DNA of 64,000 bases from Octopus sinensis (Eukaryota), in NCBI RefSeq assembly GCF_006345805.1, contig NC_043015.1, positions 46,190,001 through 46,254,000 of the forward strand, read 5' to 3'. Below are positions 1 to 11,223 of the stretch, in pieces; the first letter of the stretch is position 1, and every line of letters starts with the position of its first letter. Under the pieces are notes generated by a model. That model made no database searches. It was not told where the DNA came from and saw nothing but the letters and a program-made list of their open reading frames with translations. Made by a program: the position numbers and the translations under genes.

Positions 1-1080
1 CCGTGAGTGTAGTGGGTGCTTTTTACGTGCCACCGGCAGTTACATATTAATCTTTACTGAATCACTAAATCATGTTTTTGATATAAATGGTCACAGTTCA
101 GTACACATGAGCACAGACACTGATACATAGATACAACTTAATCTGTAGCATGGTTTAACATCTTGAGAACCTTTTAACAATGTCCATTCTGTGGCAAGCT
201 TCCAAGCCAAATCTCCAGTTTGTAGGTAACTTTCTCCAACCTCCAGCAATTCTCAGACGGCCCTGCAAAGTGCCACAGGTACTGCTTTCCCTCCAGAATA
301 GAAAAATCGCACACACACACACACACATACACAGATCAAACGATCAAATTCCAGTGGATTGAGGGACAAAATATTTATTCCATATGTTGATAGGTGTTCT
401 GTAATCTGTATCCAATTAAATCATCAGCACAAAAGAATCCAACACACTTTGCTGTTGGTGATGTAACTGGACTCAGATTATGAAACAGCTGTCGATATAT
501 GGGATAAATATTTTATCTCCCACTTCTCTGAAATTTAATTAATTAATTAATTTTTATATACTCTCCATTACTGTCATCTTGATAGGCATACACCCTGTGG
601 AGAGCTTGCCATGAGTTATATTTGATCCTTTGAATCCTTATTCCTGCTCTATGTGTATTTGTGTGTGTATATTATAGGATTCCATGCAGTTTCCATTTAT
701 TAAATTCCCCTCAAATCATCGGTCAGTTCTAGCTACTGTAGAAGTATCTAAGGTGGTGTACAGAGGAATCCCCCACAGCCAGACATGTTTTTGCAGAATA
801 CTGGAAATGACTGATACTGCTTGTATGATAGTGACACTCATTTACAACTCTCTCTCTCTCTCTCTCTCTTTTACGCTTTTACTTGTTTCAGTCATTTGAC
901 TGCGGCCATGCTGGAGCACCGCCTTTAGTCGAGCAAATCGACCCCAGGACTTATTCTTTGTAAGCCCAGTAATTATTCTATCGGTCTCTTTTGCCGAACC
1001 GCTAAGTGACGGGGACGTAAACACACCAGCATCGGTTGTCAAGCAATGCTAGAGGGACAAACACTGACACACAAACATAT

Positions 1081-1117
<37 letters not shown>

Positions 1118-1494
1118 CGACAGGCTTCTTTCAGTTTCCGTCTACTAAATCCACTCACAAGGCTTTGGTCAGCCCGAGGCTATAGCATAAGACACTTGCC
1201 CAAAATGCCACGCAGTGGGACTGAACCCAGAACCATGTGGTTGCTTTGCAAGCTTCTTACCGCACAGCCACTCCTGCGCCTAACTGTCATGCGATATCAT
1301 CTGTCAAATCCAATCGATGCTTTGGTCAGCCCAAGGCTTTAGCACAAGTGTGATACACAAGATGTCACACAGTGGGACTGAACCCAAAGCCACATAACTA
1401 GGAAACCAACTTCTTAATTATACACACTGTTCTTTGACTAGCCTCAGTCATTAGACTGGTTGTACTAGGGTACCTCCTTCTTGAACAAAGTCAG

Positions 1495-1825
1495 TCAGTC
1501 AAGGCGGCGCTGGCATCGGCCATGCACCATCCGAATCGTGACCGATGCCAGCGCCGCCTTGACTGGCTTCCGTGCCTGTGGAACATAAAATGCACCAATC
1601 CGATCGTGGCCGTTGCCAGCCTCGCCTGGCACCTGTGCCGGTGGCATGTAAAAAGCACCCAAAACACTCACGGAGTGGTTGGCGTTAGGAAGGGCATCCA
1701 GCTGTAGAAACACTGCCAGATCAGACTGGAGCCTGGTGCAGCCTCCTGGCTTCCCAGATCCCCGGTCGAACCGTCCAACCCATGCTAGCATGGAGAACGG
1801 ACGTTAAACGATGATGATGATGATG
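1495..1825 (+). mobile_element. Isolated RTE 3' UTR copy with (GAT)n tail. Similar pieces at 1-38, 3000-3300, 3545-3840, 20060-20635, 22450-22870, 30500-30585, 32090-32350, 33015-33505, 38595-38800, 44275-45680, 54945-55620, 63465-63805
   Basis: Matches the 3' UTR attached to the RTE at 59856-60400. Confidence 0.85.
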
Positions 1826-2024
1826 AGTTCAATGAGGATGAAAGGTGAAAGGTAACATGAATCTGGGTAGCTTCTTGAACTGAGGACACAAAGAGACAAG
1901 CAAATATTCCAAGGTATTTTATCTGATTCTCTAACAATTCAATCTCCACCTGACATAAATACTTTATTAATTTCTGGTTTTCTTCTTTTACAGAGTGAAA
2001 AACAAACAAAATTTGGTTTTCAAA

Positions 2025-2750
2025 ATGGAAGATCATGATGTAGTGTGCCACAAGTGTGGGATACGGGTACGTCCACCGGCACTTATTATAACTTATTCCT
2101 ATTCTTCGAGTGAGAAAATCAGACGAAGGACCATGCCTCTGCGCTTTTTCAATGCTAAATCCAAAATAGAGACCATCTCCGAAGAACTGCTGAACAACCC
2201 ACGCCATCAAAAGTTTGTCAAAAAACTTCCCCGCACACAGCTCGAGAACTTACTCAATATGCTAAAAGACTGCTTGAACGGTTCCACAATCAAAGAGTAT
2301 GTTCAGAGAAAGCAATTGGAAAAGCGTTTATTAGTTAACCCCGACGAAGACTTAAACAAGCTTGGGGACGAAGATCTGAACGCGAGGAAAGCCATCATGG
2401 AGAAACTTTTTGAGAAGAACGCAACAAAGCCAACAGACAAAGATTTCATCTACGATATTCAGATCGAATATAGCAACTCGGATGCTGAGCCCTGTAGCTG
2501 GGACTGCATATATGATGCCGACGCTATATCCGTTATCGTAGGAACTGATGATAAACGCAACGGAAGTGACGATGAATTCGGGGGTGGTAGCGGAGGAAGC
2601 GGTGGTGGTGGTCGTGACATCAAAAAGCACGACGGCGATGATGTTGTCAATTACGATACTGGTGATGATGATTATGATCTCGATGATGAAGATGACCACG
2701 ACGACGATAAGGACGAGGATTCTGCAGCCAATGCTGATGATGAAGCTTAA
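2025..2750 (+). CDS. CEP19: Centrosomal protein of 19 kDa (CEP19) homolog, 241 aa, whole CDS in one exon
   Basis: Motifs KCGIRVRPPALIITY, IRRRTMP, LLNNPRH, PDEDLNKLGDEDL..RKAIMEKLFEKN, DFIYDIQIEY and CSWD align with recalled human CEP19. Pyrimidine tract plus cag acceptor at 1992-1993 lies just upstream of ATG 2025. Confidence 0.93.
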   Translation: MEDHDVVCHKCGIRVRPPALIITYSYSSSEKIRRRTMPLRFFNAKSKIETISEELLNNPRHQKFVKKLPRTQLENLLNMLKDCLNGSTIKEYVQRKQLEKRLLVNPDEDLNKLGDEDLNARKAIMEKLFEKNATKPTDKDFIYDIQIEYSNSDAEPCSWDCIYDADAISVIVGTDDKRNGSDDEFGGGSGGSGGGGRDIKKHDGDDVVNYDTGDDDYDLDDEDDHDDDKDEDSAANADDEA

Positions 2751-3949
2751 ACTTTATATGTTATTGCAAGCAAGTCAATAGGCATGGGTGTTTTTTTTTT
2801 ATTTTGTTTATCTCGTCTTTTTTGTATACTATTGTAAATGTAAAAAAAAAAAAAACATCAATTATTTACAAGGAAAAGAAAAGAAAAAATACAATATATT
2901 TATTTCGAAGTATGCCTTGATGTTGTTGTATATTAATTTTTTTTTTTTTTGCAGTTTTTTTACTTTAAAAAATTTTTTTTTATTTTAAACTCTTTAGTGC
3001 CACCTGACTAGCACCTGTGCCATCATCATCATCATCATCATCGTTTAATATCCGTTCTCCATGCTAGCATGGGTTGGACGGTTCGACCGGGGATCTGAGA
3101 AGCCAGAAGGCTGCACCAGGCTCCAGTTTTATCTGGCAGTGTTTCTACAGCTGGATGCCCTTCCTAACGCCAACCACTCCATGAGTGTAGTGGGTGCTTT
3201 TTACGTACCACCAGACCAGGGATCCTGGCTGGTTCAATTCGATTTCGATTTCCCCAACATGTCTTCGCAAGCAAGGGGGTTGGCATGTGGCACGTAAAAA
3301 GCACCATTCGAGTGTGACCAATGCCTATTTCTTTATTACCCACAAGGGGCTAAACATAGAAGGGACAAACAAAGGCAGACATAGGTATTAAGTCGATTAC
3401 ATCGACCCCAGTGCATAACTGGTACTTAATTTATCGACCCCGAAAGGATGAAAGGCAAAGTTGACCTCGGCGGAATTTGAACTCACAACGTAACGACAGA
3501 CGAAATACGCCTACGCATTTCGCCCGGCATGCTAACGTTTCTGCCAGTGGCACCTTTGCCGGTGGCATGTAAAAAGCACCATTCAAGTGTGACCAATGCC
3601 AGTGCTGCCTGACTGGCACCTGTGCCGGTGACACGTAAAACGCACCATTTGAACATGGTTGATACCAGTGCCACCTGACTGGCACCCGTGCCAGTGGCAC
3701 ATAAAAGGTATCTAGCTGTGGAAACCTTGCCGAATCAGATTGGAGTCTGATGCAGTCTCTCAGCTTGCCAATCCGCAGTCAAACCGTCCAACCCATGCCA
3801 GCATGGAAAACGGATGTTAAACAATGATGATGAAGATGATTGTCACTATATTTCTCTTGAAGTACACTGCCATTGTTTTAATTAATCTCGAAAATAAGGA
3901 AGAATTCAGTAAAACAACATTGACATTATTAAGCTGGTGTTTGCAACAT

Positions 3950-4298
3950 TGCTGATGCTGAGACCCCCTACGGTCATGACTGACCATGGGATTGCACCTA
4001 GAAAGTTACCCTCCCAGGCACAAGTCCAGGCAAGGTTGTTTATGTAAGACCAGCAGTCGCCCATGCATACTGGCCTCCCCTCTCCACACCACTGATGTTA
4101 TCCAAGAGAACAGCAAAGGGGCCGATACAACTTGGCACCTGTGAGATCGCAACTCATTTCTACAGCTGAGTGAACTGGAGCAACGTGAAATAAAGTGTCT
4201 TGCTCAAGAACACAACACGCAGCCCCGTCCGGGATTTGAACTCACAACCTCACGATCGTAAGCTCGACGCTCTAACCACTGAACCACGCGCCTTCACA
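3950..4298 (-). mobile_element. tRNA-derived SINE family E; related copy with a V-domain-like segment at 38100-38340(-)
   Basis: ggttcagtggttagagc and gagttcaaatccc boxes; shared tttcacgttgctccag; ctgcgatggactggcgtcccgtccag in the second copy. Confidence 0.7.
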
Positions 4299-5305
4299 TT
4301 AACATGAAATTTTGATGGACAGTTTCGATTAAGATTACATTAGCTCTTTAACATTTAAACCAGCCATTTCTGTCCAAAATACTCTACCTGTTTTACGTTC
4401 AAACTGGCCAGATCTGACCTTTCACCCCAGCCCTACAATATCATTCTAAACTTAGCAGTTACCTCTTCAAAATGTCAGTGCTGTTAGCAGGTGACCGCCA
4501 TCAAACCCTACCAGTGATCTGTAAAGAAATAAAAATCAATGAACTCCATCATTGCCTTATGAAAACAAGACATTTGTACTACAGAGCCAGGGCCGGTATC
4601 GAAAGGGTTAACTATGTCCATTCTGTTGCAAGCTTCCAAGCCAAATCTCCAGTTTGAAGGTAACATTCTCCGACCTCCAGCAATGGCCATGATCGGTTGG
4701 TGCTTTTTATGTGCCACCGGCAGTTACATATTAATCTCTACTGAATCACTAAATCCTGTTTTTGATATAAATGGTCACAGTTCAGTACACATAAGCACAG
4801 ACACTGAGACATAGATACAACTTAATCTGTAGCATGGTTTAACATCTTGAGAACCTTTTAACAATGTCCATTCTGTGGCAAGCTTCCAAGCCAAATCTCC
4901 AGTTTGTAGGTAACTTTCTCCGACCTCCAGCAATTCTCAGACGGCCCTGCAAAGTGCCACAGGTACTGCTTTCCCTCCAGAATAGAAAAATCACACACAC
5001 ACAGATCAAATGATCAGATTCCAGTAGATTGAGGGATAAAATATTTATTCCATATGTTGATAGGTGTTCTGTAATCTGCATCCAATTACATCACCTGCAC
5101 AAAAGCATCCAACACACATTAGTGTTGGTGCTGTAACTGGGCGCATATTATGAAACAGCTGTCGATATATGGGATAAATATTTTAAACTTTTTAGCATTT
5201 AAACTGGCCATATCCAGCCAAAATATTCTCCCTGTTTTGTGTTCATCTAGCCAGATCCAACCTCTCACACCTACCCTATAATGTTAGTCTATAAGATATA
5301 TTACA

Positions 5306-5718
5306 GCGTAGGAGTGGCTGTGTGGTAAGTAGCCTGCTTACCAACCACATGGTTCCGGGTTCATTCCCACTGCGTGGCATCTTGGGCAAGTGTCTTTTAC
5401 TATAACCTCGGGCCGACCAAAGCCTTGTGAGTGGATTTGGTAGACAGAAACTGAAAGAAGCCCATCGTATATATGTATATATATATGTATGTGTGTGTAT
5501 ATGTTTGTATGTCTGTGTTTGTCCCCCCAACATCGCTTGACAACCGATGCTGGTGTGTTTACATCCCCCATAACTTAGCAGTTCGGCAAAAGAGACCGAT
5601 AGAATAAGTACTAGGCTTACAAAGAATAAGTCCTGGGGTCGATATGCTCGACTAAAGGCGGTGCTCCAGCATGGCCACAGTCAAATGACTGAAACAAGTA
5701 GAAGAGTAAAAAAAGAGT
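5306..5718 (+). mobile_element. tRNA-derived SINE family A (~400 bp, internal (TA/TG)n, (AAGAGT)n-like tail). Other copies ~860-1280(-), 30843-31237(+), 31700-32045(-), 32403-32798(+), 33697-34101(+), 35740-36148(-), 36925-37312(+), 43887-44272(+), 54178-54495(-)
   Basis: A box ggctgtgtgg, B box ggttca.tccc, CORE-like cttgggcaagtgtctt; many near-identical copies. Confidence 0.9.
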
Positions 5719-5849
5719 ATGATATAGTCAACAAGGTTACAAGATAATGCAGGATGAATTCAAATCAGTGTGAATAAGCATTACTTTTGACAATGATCTG
5801 AATGCTAAAGGGTCAAATCATCAGACTGGACCAAAATGAACCCTTAAGA

Positions 5850-6324
5850 CAGTGCTTTTCAAACTTTTTGCTGGTGCGGAACCCTAAGGAAACATTCCAC
5901 TGGCTTGAGGAACCCCTGCAGTGGAGAAGGCTAGCCACTGGATTTGGCTAAAAAGAGACGATGAGCGATGGCTAGAAGTATATTGAGTTCTTCATAACCA
6001 GCTGATCTAGCAAACGGGGCCTCATATCAGTGAGGGGGGGCCCGGTGCACATTGATGCCCTCGAGAGGTAGGCCCCGAAACGGCGCGCATTCTCTCCTGA
6101 TGACCCCATACACTAGCTAGCTTCCGGTATACGGAGCTTTTAACTGGTAGCACTTGCATGTGCAAGTTGTTTGCAAGACATCTAAGATTGTCTTATGCAC
6201 ACATATCTGCACAGGAGAATTAAAAATTACTGTCGATTTTAGCGTTTTTGTAACTTCTTGCGGAACCTCTGGACTGTACTGGCGGAATCCTAATGTTCCG
6301 CGAAACCCTGGTTGAAAACCACTG
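5850..6324. mobile_element. Same hAT MITE, expanded by an internal insertion
   Basis: TIRs; TSD ccttaaga/ccttaagg. Confidence 0.8.
5921..6158 (+). mobile_element. HERO/NeSL-like non-LTR retroelement 3' end inside a hAT MITE
   Basis: AVEKASHWIWLKRDDERW* followed by a GC-rich structured UTR. Confidence 0.55.
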
Positions 6325-6491
6325 CCTTAAGGGTTAATCCATCAACTGAAATGCTCATTTGACCACATTGCTTCAAATCAATTTTATATTATCTCATGAT
6401 TTTGACGATGTGATAGTCTATGTTTAGAATGACATTGTAGGGTAGGTGTGAGAGACCAGTTTGAACATGAAACAGATATTTGGGACAGATG

Positions 6492-8503
6492 GGCTAAATG
6501 GATGCCCAGAAGATGACCATCAAGGAGAAGAAGGGTCTGGTGACTTAAAGATCCTGCAAATGGACAGAGATTTAGAGTCATATTACTCGAAGCCTTTGAC
6601 AAAATAGAAGGGGATATAGCTTCACATGGTATAGAAGACAACTGGAGGTTCCTACAGGACAACCTGCTAAGGGCCACTGACCAGATCTGTGGATGGTGCA
6701 AAGTCCCCTCCCGACCCAAAATAACGTGGTGGTGGAACAATGTTGTTTACAGGGCTATTAGACAAAAGAAACAGGCTTGAAAGAACGGTGGTAGCAGGGA
6801 AGTGTATCAGACTGCCAGAAGGGAAGCTAGGAGGCAGGTATATTTAGCCAGAGGGGAAGCAGATAAGAAAAAAATTGCCAATGTTCTGTGCCGTGAGGAT
6901 GAAAGACTTGAGGTATTTTGTGTTGCAAGACAGTGTGTCAGAGAGAATCGTGATGTGGTAGGAGGGAAATGTGTTCGCATGGATGATGGCTCACTTGCAC
7001 TGAATGAGGATGCAAAGAGAGAGGTTTGGAGACGCCACTATGAAAGGTTGCTGAATAAAGAAAATGGATGGGATAAAGAGAGTCTGCCGAACGTCGACCC
7101 AACAGAGAGACCAGCTATCCGAGTTGACAGTTCATTGGTAGTTAAGGCAATTAAAAGCATGAAGACAGGGAAAGTCCCAGGCCCATCAGGAATTACTGCA
7201 GAGATGCTCGAAATATCTGGCAGTGTCGGCTATAGCCTAGTCACCCGTATAGTTAACCAGGTGATACACGAAGGAGTCATACCCAATGACTGGTGTAGCT
7301 GCATAATAGTCAACTGGTACAAAGGTAAGAGGTATCAAGCTGTTGGATCAGATAATGAAGGTTATGGAGAGGGTCATAGCCCAACTGATTAGGGAGAGAG
7401 TCAGCTTGGATGAGATGCAGTTTGGTTTTGTGCCAGGGAAAAGCGCCACTGATGTCATATTTCTGGTAAGACCGCTGCAGGAGAAATACCTAGCCAAAGA
7501 TAAGCCCCTGTACCTGGCTTTTGTTGACATGGAGAAAGCCTTTGACAGGGTCCACCGATCCCTTATCTGGTGGTCAATGAGGAAACTAGAGATAGATGAA
7601 TGGTTAGTGAGAGCTGTGCAAGCCATGTACAGGGATGCTGTAAGTAAGGTGAGGGTTGGCAACGAGTACATTAAAGAATTCAGGGTAGACGTTGGGGCCC
7701 ACCAAGGCTCAGTCCTCAGCCCCCTCCTATTTATCATAGTCCTCCAAGCAATAACGGAGGAATTTAAGACAGGATGCCCCTGGGAGCTACTCTGTGCTGA
7801 TGACCTTGCTCTAATTGCTGAGTCACTATCAGAACTAGAGGCGAAGTTTCAAGTGTGGAAACAAGGATTAGAATCGAAGGGCCTTAGAATCAACCTAGCT
7901 AAAACCAAAGTCCTAATATGTAGGAAGGCAGGCAAACCACAAATCCCTTCAGGTAGATGGCCCTGCTCAATCTGTAGTAGAGGTGTAGGTAGAAGCTCTA
8001 TAAGATGCACCCAGTGTAAGCTATGGACACATAAGAGGTGCAGTAATATCAAAGGGAGGCTAACGGGGAAGATAGTTTTTGCATGTGGCAGATGCTCAGG
8101 AACAATAAACACTGAAAATGTGCAGAGAACAACTTCCACCACATTCCAGGGAGAGAAACTAGAATTGGTTGATAGCTTCTGTTATTTAGGGGACCAAGTC
8201 AGTAGCGGAGGTGGGTGCGCTGAAAGTGTAGCTGCTAGAATAAGAAAAGCTTGGGTAAAGTTCAGAGAGCTCTTACCTCTGCTGGCGACAAAAGGCCTCT
8301 CGCTCAGAGTAAAAGGTAGACTGTATGATGCTTGTGTATGAACAGCCATGCTATATGGCAGTGAAACATCGGCTGTGACTGCTGAGGACATGCGTAAGCT
8401 CGTGAAGAATGAAGCCAGCATGATCCGATGGATGTGTAATGTCTGTCCAAACTCGACAGAGTGTAGGTACCTTGAGAGAAATGTTGGACCTAAGAAGCAT
8501 CCA
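6492..8503 (+). mobile_element. RTE-superfamily LINE, truncated at both ends and frameshifted (RT plus PHD-like finger)
   Basis: ORFs 6802-7392 and 7343-8341 contain QFGFVPGKS, AFVDMEKAFDRV, HQGSVLSPLLF and LCADDLAL (degenerate YADD). Confidence 0.95.
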
Positions 8504-8710
8504 ACCTGGGTTCTCATTCGTAAGGTATTTCTCGATGTTGTTGTTGTTATTATTATTATTCAGGTCACTGCCTGGAATCGAAGTCAGAATCTTGGGGTTT
8601 GTAGCACGTGTTCTTAACCACTACGTAGTGGTTAAGAGTGGACATATGTCATAGTAGTTAAGGGCACGGGCTACTAACTCCAAGATTCCGAGTTTGATTC
8701 CAGGCAGTGT

Positions 8711-8755
<45 letters not shown>

Positions 8756-8960
8756 TGATAACAATAAAAATGATAATAATAATAATAATAAAAATGATAA
8801 TGATAATAATAGTAACGATAATAATAATGATAATGATAATAATAATAATAACAACAACATCGAAAAATATCTTAGGAATGAGAATCCAGGTTCGAAATTT
8901 CCTCCAAGATACTTAAAGAAGGCTGGAGGGTATATCAGCTGAAATGTGTTAACAACAAAC
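8500..8960. mobile_element. Inverted pair of tRNA-headed, (AAT)n-containing SINE-like elements
   Basis: 8500-8628(-) and 8648-8960(+) share head, AAT tract and aacatcga.aaata.cttacgaatgagaa.ccaggtt. Confidence 0.7.
8717..8860. repeat. (AAT/GAT)n microsatellite
   Basis: Seen directly. Confidence 0.95.
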
Positions 8961-9059
8961 AAGATGAGGACAAATATCCGTCAATTGTAAATAATTCAAA
9001 TGAATCTTAATTGTATTTTATATATACACACACATAGAAAGAGAGAAAGAATGTTAGTT

Positions 9060-9478
9060 ATATTTCTTTACTACCCACAAGGGGCTAAACACAGAGGAGA
9101 CAAACAAGGACAGACAAACGGATTAAGTCGATTACATCGACCCCAGTGCGTAACTGGTACTTATTTAATCGACGCCGAAAGGATGAAAGGCAAAGTCGAC
9201 CGACCTCGTCGGAATTTGAACTCAGAACGTAACGACAGGGGAAATACCTATTTCTTTACTACCCACAAGGGGCTAAACATAGAGGGGACAAACAAGGACA
9301 GGCAAAGGGATTAAGTCGATTACATCGAGCCCAGTGCGTATCTGGTATTTATTTAATCGACCCCGAAAGGATGAAAGGCAAAGTCGACCTCGGTGGAATT
9401 TGAACTCAGAACGTAACGACAGACGAAATACCGCAAAGCATTTCACCCGGCGCGCTAACGTTTCTGCCAGCTCGCCGC
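9060..9478 (-). mobile_element. Tandem multimer of SINE B
   Basis: One head plus repeated 3' units; the whole array is flanked by aagaatgttag(g)ttata. Confidence 0.85.
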
Positions 9479-9801
9479 AATAAGAATGTTAGGTTATAGC
9501 CAGTTCATAGTGTTACACAGGGTTTCGCTTTCATAAAACGCGTCACTTCTCACACGTCTCGTCCAACCCTTAATGCCTGGTGACCCGTAACCTTTGTTGA
9601 AGTCGGAGGAAGAAAAGGCTTCGTGGTTAGTTTTTCTGACATAGGACAAGAGAGGAAAAGTCAAGCGCAAGGAATTGTCTCCCTTAGACCACTATCTGGA
9701 ATCCACTCACCCTGCTTCCGTATCCTAGGATTTCAGTAGGAATCGCCCGAAGTGTAAACAGGGTCCGAAGGGTTCTGTCCCTGGAATTTAAGATGTTCCT
9801 T

Positions 9802-10216
9802 GGAGCTTTTCGGTTTGACCGGCAGTTTTTAAAATAATTTCCACGTAACTAAACACTTTTAAACTTCGTATACTGGTAGAATGAGTTTATAAAACATCTT
9901 TTTCTCTTGGCTTTATTGAGAGAATTCTATAGTTTGTAAGATATTTGTTGTTTTTTTTTCTTCAATTTCTGCAATTTCAACCAATCAATGACGTCTATTG
10001 AGGTAAAAAAACATTCTGTGCCGTATGAATATGTCCCTCGTTTAAGAAACAGATTGGGTTTATTTACATTTGTGAAGAAAAAAAGATACCCTTCCCTCCA
10101 CACCTAACCCTAAAACAGATTGAAATGCAACAGATCGATACTAGAGTCATAATTATGGGTGACAATTTCATATGACACCGCTAGAAAAAAAACTGCCGCT
10201 CAAACGGAAAAGATCA
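9802..10216. mobile_element. Merlin-like MITE, family 1
   Basis: TIR GGATCTTTTCGGTTTGA (degenerate); 8-bp TSD tgttcctt/tattcctt. Confidence 0.75.
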
Positions 10217-10447
10217 TATTCCTTTACTTCAGACCCTATATTATCCGAAATTTATAGTATTATATGACCATCACGGCTGATTTTACCAGTTGGTAAGATC
10301 AGCCGTTATGGATGTTTTATACTATAAATTTCAGAAAATATACCCTAACTCCGACTTATGGTCCCTTAGACGACTCACACACCTATAATAGATTATATTT
10401 AAAGGGCACATGTATTTTCTTGTTGAATTTTCTATCACGGAACAGTG

Positions 10448-10481
<34 letters not shown>

Positions 10482-10710
10482 ATAATTTATATAAATAAGG
10501 ATAAGTTCGTTATTTAAAATACTGATCTTATCATGTGGCTAGGATGGGAATAAAAACCTTTATTATTAATATAATTATATAGATAGATAGAATATATAAC
10601 TTTATAAGTATATTATATTATAAATATACTTATAAAATTATATATTTTCTTAATTTTTTGTTTGCCTTAATTGGTTATTACATACTGACTACTTGATAAA
10701 ATCAATTATA

Positions 10711-11223
10711 TCTATATATATAAAACTGTAGTTGTGTGAGTGTCTGTCCCCTTCGATTTAGATTCCTAACTACTCCCACATTTTGCGGTGCAGTTTAACC
10801 AAATTCGGGTATCTTATAGTTGTGATTCATACCGAGCCCGTCTGGCTATTAGCGCGCGTTTACGATGAGTCTACGATTTTAAAAATAATTTAACATAATT
10901 TTTTGTTCCATTTTAATGCATAATTTTTCGTGTGTCAATGGCGGCGGAGTTGGCGTCCATGGTCACACCTGCACCTGTTTGCTTCTCCCCCTTCTTCCTT
11001 CCCTCGTGAAGCTGTGGGGAAGGGAGTGTAAGGAAATCAACGTCGTAATGCGTTGTCAAGGAGACCAGCGTTCTTTTAGAACAACGACTTCATGGCTTGA
11101 AGACACCAAAACAGAAATGGCTAAGAAAGCCCGAATTGGCATCTATAAGGGAAGTAACTCTCTAAAAATGCTTATATAGTTATTTCCCTTACAAACCCGA
11201 GCAACGCCGGGCGATACTGCTAG
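10711..11223 (+). mobile_element. Non-autonomous Helitron, family A
   Basis: 5' TC-TATATATAAAA; 3' hairpin cccgagcaacgccggg then CTAG; inserted between A and T. Confidence 0.85.

Noticed and set aside
120-310. Possible coding exon in the duplicated block (also 4800-4990)
   Set aside because: Short open frames on both strands, no recognisable protein and no coherent splice pair.
2352-2699. Antisense ORFs over the CEP19 tail
   Set aside because: Shadow frames of a low-complexity GAT/GGT-rich region.
6070-6110. CGAAAC...CTGATGA as a hammerhead
   Set aside because: Order and spacing do not allow stems I-III on either strand.
8621-8962. Poly-Asn and poly-Leu ORFs
   Set aside because: (AAT)n tract inside a SINE-like element.
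9500-9800. Unique GC-richer segment with a possible minus-strand donor (cagg|gtgagt)
   Set aside because: No convincing ORF, partner exon or structure could be assigned by eye.
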